In this document: piece by piece, positions 36,901 through 48,561 of the stretch
Numbering within the stretch: position 1 is the first letter of the stretch
Layout: each line of letters opens with the position of its first letter
NCBI GenBank assembly: GCA_030704615.1
Contig: CM060731.1
Span: forward strand, 14,756,001 to 14,820,000
Length of the DNA stretch: 64,000 nt
From: Takakia lepidozioides
Lineage: Eukaryota > Plantae > Bryophyta
Direction of reading: 5' to 3'
Notes under the pieces: generated by a model
The model's input: the letters and a program-made list of their open reading frames with translations, nothing else
Told to the model about the DNA's origin: nothing
The model's database searches: none
Translations under genes and position numbers: made by a program

Positions 36901-39900
36901 AACGTCGAAATGCTTTTCTTTCACGGAACGTAGTACTGAATTTGCGAATGAACCAAGAATGCCCAAAAGCGCCTGCGCCTGCGAACACCTGACAGGGCTT
37001 CCGAGAATCAACTTGAGCTGTATGAAGGGGAAGCTTTCACATATCCTTCATGGTAGTTGCCAATCTATTCACACACATTTGGTCAGTGGTATGTGGTGCT
37101 AGACTACAAGTGCCTATTTGTAAGGCTGGGAACAACTGCTTGCCACTTGACAAATCCTTTGTGGCAGCTTTTACAATCAGATCACCAGGGTTTTATGTTC
37201 TCATATATTTGTTCAGCTTTACTGCAGCAGACGGGGTCATTCCAGTGGTTCCATCCATCAATAGGACCTTATGGACATTTTGCATACAAAATCTATTAGA
37301 GAAAGACGGTATTCAAAAGAGAGTGTAGAGATCATGGGACCAAATACCCACTTCTTGTAGAGAGGTGATTTTCCTGACATGTCTTCGATAAATTTCCTGA
37401 TGCTGCACAGCGAGAAAGAATAACCTCCCACACATCAGAATATGAGCATGTCACCTTTCTTACTCGTGAGTTGAAACCAATGAGATACTGAGACTTAGAT
37501 TACTTCAAGCTGCTGGTGGCGACGAAAAAATATTCAGAGCAACTTAACTGGAAAGGTATTTGGCAACAGCTAAGCTGCATAACCAGGAGGCACAATCTGG
37601 TCCTCCCAAGGTGAGGACCACTATTTTTGTACATTCAGGCTAACCAAGCACGCGGCATTACTATCACCACCTATGACACATGCAACAACAAGCCAAAGTG
37701 CTTGCTATTTATGGGCTGACAATCTTTCTCCATAAAAGACTCTCTCCCTGTCCTCTAGGAAGCCTATTGCCATTGGGTGGACTTGATACGGGAGTACATT
37801 AATGTCTCTGTGACTAAATGCCGGCCTTGTGACCTCGTGTCTTTGTTTGTTTCGACCTGAAGCGCTTTGCTCCAGGTAAGGTAGTGCATTGGATTTAGTT
37901 GGAAAGCTTGGGGCCTTTCCCTCTTTAGAATATGCCTACACGGGCCATTCCTTGCAACTCCCTGGAGTGTGATCTCTGAATGGTAACAAGCGGACCCCTA
38001 CCGCTTGGGGGCAGCCCCTCCGCCCAAATTGGGCAGTCGTATGCTCTGTCTAGCATACTCGGCACTTGGGCTCGGGTTGGTTCCTGTGCTTAAACTTATA
38101 GCCTGCGACAACAATCAAAATTTTAGCTCCTATCAACATCAACACTCCTCAGGGTGATTCCTGTGAATTGGTTACTTATGCCAAATCTAGGGCTTTATGT
38201 GTAGTTTTTGGGGTACATCCCAGGATGGACGATGTGTCCTTTAAAACTACATGCTCTAGCTTAGGCTTGGATTTCATGGCTAATGGTTCCATCTCGAGAC
38301 TTGATAACAGGGGTACGTTGAAGGTTGCAATGACCAAAAGTGCTTCTAATAGAGTCCCACATCAATTCAATCTCAAAGAAGTTCGTCCTTTGACTGGCTG
38401 GAGAGCGGTCTTAGACATTGGTGATTTAATGGGACGCTCTAGGAAGACAACCAAGGGCAAGGACTTCAACTTGAGAGTTTCTAATCGGTTTGATGCTCTG
38501 GATGAGGTTGAATCCAAACAGCCAGAAGGACAAGATGCCCCTAAGTGTACGGAACCTGAACGTCCAAAATCTGAAGGATTTGGTACTCCGAATGGTTTAC
38601 CAATCCTCAAGGTTTACACAAGATGAGCAAATTCTATACACGGGGTAATTGTCCCCAAGCCGTCAGACGGACAATCTGTCCCTAAGTGTGCAGAGCCTGA
38701 ACGTCGTGTAACTGAAGGATTTGGTACTCTGAATGGTTTACCAATCCTCAAAGTCTACACAAGACGAGCAAAATCTATACACGGGGTAATTGTCCCCAAG
38801 CAGTCAGACGGACAATCTGTCCCTAAGTGTGCGGAGCCTGTACGTCGTGTAACTGAAGGATTTGGTACCCTGAAAGGTTTACCAATTCTCAAAGTTTACA
38901 CAAGACGAGTAAAATCTACACACGGGGTAACTGTCACCCCTTTGCAGAACGGTTGGCCGTCCAGGAGCAATCACAAGCTACCTAGACGACAAACAATTCA
39001 TATGCAAAGGGCTGGCTTGCGGCTGGGTACTTTCAATTTCTCAGGGCTGACTAACCAAAGGAAACAACTCGAAGTGGCACAAGTTCTTCAGGCCAATAAC
39101 ATTCATATTTGTGCTGGTCAGGAGACATGGGAAACTCCGGATAAATTGGTTGGAGATGTCAATGGGTATAAGTGGACGGGTAAGATGTGTACTCTCTGCC
39201 AAACGCCGCCAAAAAGGGGTTGGATTCTTTGTCCGCGATTTCTTGTTTGATGATTGTGAAATTATCAACAAGGGTTTGAGGTATGAGCATAGTATCTGGC
39301 TAAAACTGAATCTGAAGGGCGTGAATACGAAGGACCTCTTTGTGGGTTGTGTATACATGCCCACAGAGGGGACCCTTAGTGTTGACGCAGACAAAGCCTT
39401 CGAAGATGTAAAGCTGGACTGTGCTTCGTTCCTTGCCAAAGGTCAGGTGGTTCTATTGGGTGACTTCAATGCCCGGATGGGCAAAGGTCTCCATCAGGAC
39501 GATATCATTGGGCCTTTTGGTGAGGACGAGCTGAATTCTAATGGCAGACGGTTAATTAACTGTCTGGAAGAGCTTCAGCTTTTGACCTTGAATAACAGGA
39601 CAAGAGGTGACCAAGTGTAGTGGACTCGTGAGAAATCCCAAACTGGGGAACGTTCCATTGTGGACTATATCATAATGGACAAAAATTTGTTTCCCCAGTG
39701 TGCCAATGTGTTGGTCGACAGAACTGATATTGGTACCTCTGACCACTTCCTGGTTTGGACTGAGATCAAAAGGTGTTTTCCCAACACCAAGAGATCTGTG
39801 AAAGGTTCGATTCGGAAGTGGCGCATAGAAAAATTCCATAATGAGGAGGTCAAGGCTGAGTATGTTCAGGCCTTGCAAGAGGCTCTCCCTCATTTTGTCC

Positions 39901-42900
39901 AGTCGCTCCAAGAACTTCAGTCTCGCTCTGACAACGCAAGAAATGAAGTCGAAAGAGCAGTGGACTCTTGGGAGAGTTTCGTTTCCTCTGTGGCTGACAA
40001 GATCATTGGGAGGAAACTAATTGTCTGCGGTAGAGCTGTTAATTGGTGGACCAATGAGATTAAACTCAAGATAGCTGAGAGACGAGCCCTCTATAAAGAG
40101 TGCTGCAATTTGAAAACCAACAGAGAATTGTGGGCGAGGTACTACCAGCTCCGTAAAGATATCAATCAGCTTGTTAGGTCTCAGAAGAAATTATACTGGG
40201 ACAAGTTATACAGTGAAAAAAACTCAAACCACTATGGTGGTAATGACAAGAAATTCTGGTTGGCCCTTCAACGTTTGTACAAGCCGAAAAACGGTCAGCA
40301 AGTACAAGCGCTGAAGACTACTAAAGGTGCAGTGGTGACTTCATCGGTTGACATTGTCAAAACCTTTGAAACTCACTACAGTATCCTTGGCAGAACTTCT
40401 AGGTCTGACAGTGAGGGGTCTTCTGCTGAATGGAGGGACACAGTTGGAAAAACTGTTCCTATGATTCAAAACAGCCCTGATGAACTGGAGTATATTTCAA
40501 TGGCTTATAACGCTCCCATTAGTTCTTCTGAGATTGTGGAAGCAATTGAACATTTAAATGGATACAAAGCTGGTGGACCTGATGGTATTGTCAACGAGCT
40601 TATCAAGCACGGTGGCGATCCCATGATAGAGGCCCTAGTTCTCCTCTTTAACCCTATCTGGAAGACTGAAATGATCCCCTTTCGCTGGCGACAGGGGGTC
40701 ATTGTCAATCTATACAAGAAGGGTGACAGAGAAGAACCGGGGAACTACCGTGGCATCACGCTCCTCAATGCTGTTGGCAAGACATTCTGCAGAGTTATAA
40801 GTACTCGTCTCAAGGCTGATCTGGAGTCTAGAGGTTGTTTCCACGAAGGCCAAGCTGGCTTTCGGCGAAACAGGGGCTGTGTGGATCATATCTTCACTCT
40901 AAGCCAGATTATCCAGGGAAGGAAAAAAGAAGGGAAACCCACTTATGTTTTTTTCCTGGATGTCAAAAAGGCTTATGACACAGTGTGGAGAGATGGCCTA
41001 TGGTTCCGCCTCTGGTCTTGTGGGATCAAGGGAAAGATGTGGAGAGTTGTCCACAACTTGTATGCTCACACCAAAAGCTGTGTCACTGTTAACGGACAGA
41101 AGTCCAACTTCTTTGACATAGACCAAGGTGTAGCTCAAGGATGTACTCTCTCCCCTCTGCTCTTCAATGTTTTCATCAATCAACTCCTCGAGGATGTGGA
41201 AAGTGAGGGATTTGGGTTAAGGGTGGGTGATACCACCATACCAGCCCTTATGTTTGCGGATGACTTCGCAGGCATAGGGGAGACTCCAACCAATCTCCAG
41301 GAGTTGATTGATTGCGCGAAGAGATACTTTGATCTTTGGGGGCTAGAGGCTAATGTCAGCAAATGTGCAGTGGTAGCATTCAACGACAGAGGAGAGGGAG
41401 GAAGTGATCTTAAGTGGCAGTGGGGTAGCCAAGAGATCCCGGTCCTCCCTTCCTACACTTACCTGGGCATTGAGTTTTCCTCCAATTGTAATTGGGATGC
41501 ACATATCCGGAAAGTTGTTCAAACTGGCAAGGGCAAAGCTCTGGGGCTCACTAAATTTTTCCACCGCAGAGGGGTCAACTCTGAGGTTAAGAAAACCATG
41601 CTTTGTCGCATTATTAGACCTGCCTTGGAGTACGGAGCTGCAATATGGGTTGATAACTCCAACCAAGCTAAGTCTCTAGAATCCATTCAAGTGGGGGTGC
41701 TTAAGGAGTGTATGTTGGCATGCTCCAAAACAGCCAATGTGGCTGTTCGGGGTGAGTTTGGCATTCCGTCCTTAAGCTCCCGACAAGATGAATTCAAGGT
41801 CAGATGGTGGGGTCAGCTGCAACATATGCCCAACACCAGATATCCTAAGTTAATCGACTCTATGTCTTGGAAACAGGACCGCCCTGTCAAACAGGCTAAG
41901 TCCTGGCAGAAGAGAGTAGAAGAGATTCTCAAGGACCTGGACCTGGATCCGCAAGTCTTGACCCTGCTGGATAAATCTGACTTAGAGGCTGTAGTGTCCA
42001 AAGCCATGTCTGTTGCCATGAGATTGTCTGATGAAAATGAAGTTAGGCAGAAAACTTCCCTGAACTTGTTTCCAGTCAGTGACATGGGGGAGGACATCTT
42101 GGATGACCTCAAGGGTCTACCCACTCTCGGCACTAGACTGAAATTTAAACTCGGGCAGGAAGCCTACCTTTGAACAGCAAACAGAAGCAGAGAGGAAAGG
42201 TAGAGTGCAATTGCCCGTTGTGTGGGCAATCTGAAGACAGTACTCATTTTCTGATACACTGTCCGGGGTTCTCTCACCAAAGAGACGCTCTCTTCAAATC
42301 TATCAAGGGAATTGTGCCTGTACCTCTGTTTACCAACTTTGAAAGTCTCGAGGCTGAGCCAAAAGCCCAGGCCCTCCTGAGGCCTAGTTATTGGGCAAAT
42401 CACACACAGCAGATTGATGCTTGTGTGAAGGGATTTCTAGAGGATATCTGGAAACCCGGATTAATTCTATATATGAAGGTAAGTCTTACTACCAACATCA
42501 GCCCCTGACAGAGGTAGGTTCTGTCCCTTTTGTTTCCGCTCAAACTGGGCGCGGGGTCAATGGCCACAAGGCTACGGCAAACAATGTCTTATGAGTACAA
42601 TCCATAAAAGACTGGGTTCTACTACAGTTTGGGTCATGCCTACTATGAGATTGCTGCAGAAGCTGTGCCGAAACCGTAAGCAATTTCAACCACCAGCTGT
42701 CAATACACATATGGGTCTGTTTGTGTGTCGAGTTGTAACTGTGGCTAAACCAATGTGCGAGGATAAGATGACCTACGCAATCCAATGCAGCACCACAAGC
42801 AGTGACTTTAATCTGAATTCAGTCCTATGAGTTCAGTGAGTTTGTGAATTAGCATGAGGAGCCCATGCACCTCCATTCTGCACCTTGATTTGTGATCGCA

Positions 42901-45900
42901 TGCACACTCCTCAACCACTGGCATGGCTCAAGCGCCTGTGTCCTCTAACCTTATATCTTAGTATGACGCCTCCCGAAGGGAGCGTAACTTATGGTGTCTC
43001 TTGACCCCGAAGGGCTACTGCCTTCGAGCAGGAAGGTGGACACCTTCATGACACACCAGACCGTGGTTTGAACCCACAACCACATCCAACGTGGTATGTG
43101 CCCATTACCACTGGGCTACATGCTGGTTGTCAACCGTATATCTATGAAAGAAAGTAGAAAGCTATGGATAATTCCTCTTCTCCAGATGGACATTAATCTT
43201 CCACTCAAACATTGACAGGAAAGGAAGACACTTCTGCAGATGACACAAACTCACCTATCCCGAGATGGTTGAATAAAGTAAACAGCGTCAAGAGCAGGTA
43301 ATGGCTGTCTGCGTTTATTCAAGTCCTCTACCACTGCATCACAAGGCAAGCATCAAATTCCCATCCACATCACGTAGACCTCCTTCAATAAGAATTGTTA
43401 TCCATCATGCAGCAGACATAGATGATCCCCTGAGCATATAGAGCTCTTGTTTCCATGAAAGAAGGACAATACTTCATCTGAGTGTCACAACTTGCCAAGA
43501 AGATTTCTAGTAATTAAGTGGTGCTGACTAACAGAGCTCCGGCATGTGAAAGCAAAGGTGGGTAAAAGGAACGCACAAGAGATGCCCTCGTCCGTGATAT
43601 CTGCCATCTTGCATGAGCATGACATCACCTTCACCGTCACTTCATCCATGATCAGCACCTACACTCGCCCTCCATTCAGTTACGTTCGTCATCCACAAAG
43701 TCTCCCAACACCCTCTCACCCCTCCTGTGCGAGCCCTTCTACATCCATTGGAAGAACTTGTGATTGCATAATCTCCAAGCTTGCATCAAGGAATCACCTA
43801 GTCTTTGCCATGGCCCATAACAACAGCATACAGTTTGGATGTTCACACTTCGCTGTGATTGCACTACCCTACAGTACTAAACCAGGTCCATCCATCCACC
43901 AGCCACGATAGGGATAGTAGCCATGAGATATTCCTGATACACCATGTACCTTTGATATTACATTGTGCAGTTACTTTCCCTGTGGGCAGCTCACTCATGC
44001 CTACATTCCTGGCATACCATCTCTCTAACCTCTATTGGCTATGAGTGCATTCTCTAACCTCTATCAACGAAGTAAGGCAAAAAACTTCCCTGAACTTGTT
44101 TCCAGGTTGCGACATGGGGTGAGGGCCTCAAAGGCCTACCTACTTTCGGCACTAGACTGAAATTTCAACTCAGGTCGGGGAGTCCACCTTTGAACAATAA
44201 ACAGATGCAGAGAGGAAAGGGAGGATGTCAGTGCCTGATGTGCGGGCAGCCTGAAAACAACATCCATCTGGGTATTCTCATCAGAGAGCGACCCATTTCA
44301 GGACCATGAAGAACTTACTCCCTGCACCTCTGTCCACCAACTTTCAAAATCTTGAGGGTAAGCCTGAAGCCCTGGGCCTGTTGGGGTGTGATTCCTGGGC
44401 AACTCACACACCGGAGATTGATACTTCTGTGAAGGGCTTGCCACAGTAAATCTGGCAAGCCCGAACTAATTGTTTATACCAAGGGAAGTCCCATCACTGG
44501 AGCGAGCCCCTCACAAAGGTATTGTCTGTTCTATCCCCTGTCAAAGCACCATAAAACCTAAAGAGAGTGGGTATTGTGACTGAAATGCCCTCTCTGTAAA
44601 AGTGAAGGTCAAAGAGGTCAAAGAAGTGCAGCAACAACACTAGTGACCGTCCAGGAAAGGCCCACAAAAGACACACCTTCCACTCCCCTGCTGCCTTGCC
44701 TGTCCTGGCGGAGCGAAGCATCTCCTGAAGAAGACCTGCACATTACCATCAGGTTGTAGCATCACATGTACCTTAAAATGAACCCAGTTATGGTGCCACT
44801 ACCTAGGAGAGGACTTCAGGAAAGAATAACAGTAACAGTGGGTTGCCCTTCTCCAGGGATCTAACCTATACTTTGAGGTTTTTCCAATATGTTGTCCAAG
44901 CTATGAGCTCTATCCAGTTTCACGCAAACCATGTGCGTGGTAGGTTTGCAATGACTTGACAGAGATGGTATTTGAAAAACAAAACATTCTACCTACCTCT
45001 GTTGTAATGGGAAACCTGTAACTGATCATGTACAGTGCCACACCACCATCCATCCCAATCATCTCTATGGAAAAGATCTTAACTACTGGGGCAGGATAAG
45101 AGGTAATATGATGATGCCTTTTTCTAAGGCTATTGTTGTTTTGCCTAAAATAGACAGATTCTTCCATGTCAAGACAAGGCAAGCCCTATCTCTCTGTCAA
45201 TGCTGGCTATGGCAAACGAAGCAACGGGTGAATTCTCTCTCTGAATGCCAATAGCAATCTCCTTGGTTTGATTTCTGGTTGATTTCTTGCATCCAAAGAA
45301 TATTATATATCTTTTGGGAGACGATCATAATTAAGAGTACTAAGATAAATCCTGCTCCTGGAGCAATCCTTAAGCAACATTAGTGGGCTCTCATTGTGCT
45401 CTCTCTTTGCCCCCAGATGAACCATGTGCAGTGCCTTAAGTTGAAGACAGATCAATTGCAAGAAGCCAGAACGATGGAGAAGCTCAACAACCTCTCCCTT
45501 TACATGGCTCAAAGATGCTGTAAGTATCACTTTGTTTGCCAATAACTAGAGTAGCTTTAAATTTAGGATTACTCGTGTTCCAAACTATGTGTTCATAATT
45601 ATAGAGCAATGGTTAATTGGTGGTTTAAGCCAGGTGCTTAGTATTATGCATCTCCAGGCAATGTAGTGAGTCACCTTGTCGGTCTTAATAGTACGTGACA
45701 TCATAGAATGGACAGGAGAATTTGTATTCATTAGACATTGCTTGGCATATACACCCCACCCCCAGTCTGGGTGGAACTAAAGTGGACAGACACTACCTTT
45801 GTGAGGGGCTTATCTGGACCTCTTTGCCCTTTACCAGGGCAGGCTCACACACACACTAACAAGCATGACCTGGTTGGGCTTCACCCCTTCTCAAGGCATT

Positions 45901-47174
45901 TCCTCAGACATCTCTAAGGCATTCTTACCACACCCATGCTTGGTAAATCCTGCCATCATGTTATTCCATGTGATCAAACCTCGTTCAGGCATTATATGAT
46001 GCCTCTTAGCTCTTCCTCCATCTCTAAAACTTCCTCACAACCAAAACTATTAGCCAAGAAAGATTCGAGACTTCACCAAGTGTTCTATGTGCTGTACATG
46101 GACACATCTATATAATGTTCAATAGCGAGAAGAGGTTCTCAAAATTCCCAAAGATTCAGAAGACTTCCCAAAACAAAACTTGAAAGTTGATCAGGTGTTG
46201 GGGGGTGAGCACTCAATAACTGGAATCACAACTCCACCACAAAAACAAAGAGGAGGCCTCGTGTATCTTTTACTACTTCAAAATTTCCTCCTTGATGTGA
46301 ATGAACCACAAGGCCTACCAAACCTCATGGGGGTACTCAGGTCTTATTTTGATCCATAGACAGTAGAGAAGCTGCATACTTGTGCTACCACTAGTCCTTA
46401 GTCAAAGAGCTTATGTCTGCAATGTCCTTGGGCATGATCCATCTCTCTTCCCAGTGACAGCTACAAACCCCTCTCTATACCTCGTTGGCACAAGTGATTC
46501 CAACGTTTGTGAACAACCTCTGGGTTGAGTGTCTATTTTCAAGATATGGGCGAGATGCTAACCAGAAGAAAATCAATTAACATTAAAAACCCTAAAATTC
46601 ACTGTTGGCAGCTTCGATCCACCACTACCCAGGTACTCCTACTATCAAGACTCATCTTTTTCCGATCAATTGTGTCAAGTGCATCCCAATAACTTGAACA
46701 AAGCCATTGCGAAAAAATGGTCCCACTTAGGCTAGATTTGAGACACATTACTACTTCTGGCACATACCCCTTCTGGTGCAGGAGACACAGCTAATGAAGA
46801 TGAGTTTACCAGGCTAAACTATCCAGCAATCTGTGCTGCTACAGTATGGCATGTCAATGCACATAGAAGTCGTTTGAATTGCCTCGGCTCAAGGAGACTC
46901 TCCATCTCAAAATTATGAAGCTGCAAGTGAAGTCTCCAGAACGTTGGCCAAGGAGCTACGAACTTAAGATCTACATAGGACTTCCTTAGGTCCGTGACCA
47001 AGCCAACAGTATCAAGTTTTACAGAGGCAAATCGCAATCTAGACTACAGACGAACGCTGTCAATGGACAAATTCTGCATAATGGAGCCATCAACAGGAAG
47101 TACAACTTACGGTCCCGTGTGATCTGCCGAAATGAATAGAAACTGCCATGCGAGGAGTAATCCCCATCCGTCAT
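27990..47174 (-). CDS. KEU: Sec1/Munc18-family SNARE-interacting protein KEULE/SEC1, 667 aa, 21 exons
   Basis: Exons 47111-47174, 44677-44735, 43577-43658, 43255-43333, 37352-37402, 36379-36475, 36155-36187, 35716-35844, 35346-35543, 34910-34993, 34562-34657, 34392-34468, 33800-33896, 32922-33047, 32658-32753, 32248-32364, 31503-31580, 30960-31183, 28438-28528, 28176-28265, 27990-28025. All GT-AG and in phase, totalling 2004 nt. KEULE motifs [51 protein letters not shown] and [13 protein letters not shown]. Confidence 0.95.
28778..30428 (-). mobile_element. Two stacked, decayed 5'-truncated LINE segments (older subfamily 28778-about 29190, intermediate copy about 29190-30428) in KEU intron 18
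   Basis: Frameshifted RT fragments (LMFADDF, YTYLGV, RPALEY). The zinc-knuckle region appears twice ([10 protein letters not shown]...[11 protein letters not shown]). The 3' end abuts (GA)n at 28766-28776. Confidence 0.88.
30442..30896 (-). mobile_element. Young 5'-truncated LINE copy, 455 bp
   Basis: Near-identical to 42145-42600, with an intact CPLCG..HFLIHC knuckle. 18-bp TSD TATGCCAGTAGAGAAAGA at 30424-30441 and 30897-30914, next to a (GA)n tract. Confidence 0.92.
38168..42593 (+). pseudogene. Disrupted LINE polyprotein (N-terminal domain, 47-aa repeats, APE, RT, zinc knuckle)
   Basis: ORF pieces 38168..38626, 38942..39250, 39111..39620, 39660..42173 and 42170..42508. Nonsense codons at 38624 and 39618, and frameshifts near 39200, 42152 and 42455. 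Confidence 0.88.
38515..38940 (+). repeat. 141-bp in-frame tandem repeat, about 3 copies, inside the LINE
   Basis: AGA(T/C)GAG(C/T)AAA recurs at 38621, 38762 and 38903 (period 141). Confidence 0.92.
42959..43131 (-). mobile_element. tRNA-derived SINE (about 173 bp) in KEU intron 4
   Basis: Minus strand has A-box TAGCCCAGTGG and B-box GGTTCAAACC at tRNA-like spacing. 12-bp TSD AACC(T/G)TATATCT at 42947-42958 and 43132-43143. A homologous copy lies at about 16371-16562. Confidence 0.8.
44066..44545 (+). mobile_element. Old decayed 3' fragment of the same LINE superfamily in KEU intron 2
   Basis: AAAACTTCCCTGAACTTGTTTCCAG...GGCACTAGACTGAAATTT aligns with 42040-42530. It most resembles the old segment at 28778-29190. 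Confidence 0.82.
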
Positions 47175-48196
47175 TACTGCTTCCTTCCTCGACACAAGTC
47201 CCGTGCATCCACGAACCTCTTGACCCTTCTCCTTGTTTTCAATTGCCTCACCCCCAATCTTCTCCTCGATATGTATCTCCTACTCTGTGGTCAACAACCC
47301 AAGTTGCTGGCAATCCTTGCAGGACACCCAAAGATGTTAAGTGCGCAGAAGCAGCACTTGTGCGATGAGGATCCTGTGTCAATCTTTTCCTCCCTCCCTC
47401 GCTCCCACTGTGGGTCCAGGCCCGGAGCATCCAACGTGAGAAGAGGAAGCAGCAGAGACCTTGCTCATTGGAACAAGCTCTCTAAAAGTTCCCATGTAAA
47501 CTCGTGTTGTTCCCATGGAAGGGTTGACGCAACGTTAACTAACAAGATTCCTTATCAAAACCGGCAGACAGTGGTGGGACCACCGTTAGGTAACGACTGC
47601 TACACTTAGCTAACAGATTTCATCGATTGCGCACCAGACTAACTCATCCACCCACTCTTTGTCCGTTTTGACTAAGTGAGCAACAGAGCTCCACTCTCCA
47701 TGGAAGGTTTTGGTGTTTTTTTGTGGTTCTACTGGGGCCCATTTTTTTTTTTTTTCTTCAACTATGTCTCAGAATGATTTCAGAGTTGGTTGATTTGAAT
47801 TGAAACTGTGCAAAATTCCGGAGGTTGAGTGAGCTCCTACAATCTCCCTCTTGCAGGTCTGAAGTGAGCTGCACAAGTCTTTGCAGACATATTGAAGCAT
47901 TACCACCCAGACTCAGACAGTATGACAACACATATGTCAATGTGAGACACTAGTAAACTCTGCCATTATGACGACAGCACAAGGATCCATGTTGGCGACA
48001 AAGAAAACTGTATCTTCCATGACAACTCAGAATCTGCAGCTTCCAAGTGATCTGCAGAAAATGCCAGTGCGTGGGTGCCAATTTCATTATCAATCTGGGG
48101 GGCGAGGATTTTTGTCTACAGAAACAGAAGCCCTATGAGGGACCAGACAAGCCAAGCAAAGACAGCTGGGAGCTACGCTGATCTGCAACATTCAAC

Positions 48197-48430
48197 TCAA
48201 TAATCACCTAGTGAAAGCTGATTTGAGACCCGCATTTGAAGCTGAGATGAGTGGGCTATTTGGTTGGCAACTTGGAAATGAGAGGAATCCATGGCTGCAA
48301 GGCCTAAGCTACCACTAAACTCCATTGCCACATGCTGTGGTTGGACAGCTGATTGGTGCCCTTGCTGTTGCAATCCCTCCTCCTCCCCCTGGTGATGCAA
48401 CATGGCTCCCACCCCTATGGAGTCCATCAT
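48197..48430 (-). other. Conserved downstream ORF (77 aa, Q/H/S-rich) 3' of the first MADS gene stop codon
   Basis: MMDSIGVGAMLHHQGEEEGLQQQ...QMRVSNQLSLGDY is about 59% identical by hand alignment to the ORF at 57335-57586. Coding status is inferred. Confidence 0.45.
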
Positions 48431-48561
48431 GCTGGCTGGTGCTGGCCGCTGCCCCTCCCACCCCATGCTCTTCTTTCATACTTGCATTTCACCATTGAAG
48501 ACCTGTGTATAAGCCCGCTGCTTCCTCATCTCTACGACTGAAACCAACTGCTGGCACTAAC

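Larger units (their letters stand above)
37742..42600 (+). mobile_element. Near-full-length RTE/RTEX-like non-LTR retrotransposon (4859 bp) in KEU intron 4, antisense to the gene
   Basis: 13-bp TSD TCCATAAAAGACT at 37729-37741 and 42601-42613. APE endonuclease (GTFN, GQETW, CVYMP, LLGDFNA, DYI, SDH), RT ([33 protein letters not shown]) and a C-terminal CxxC..H..C knuckle. No poly(A) tail. Confidence 0.95.

Noticed and set aside
37876-37928. Spliceosomal intron in the LINE 5' UTR (CAG|GTAAGG...TTTAG)
   Set aside because: Only 53 nt, and it would be lost on retrotransposition if efficiently spliced. No second copy in the window to compare.
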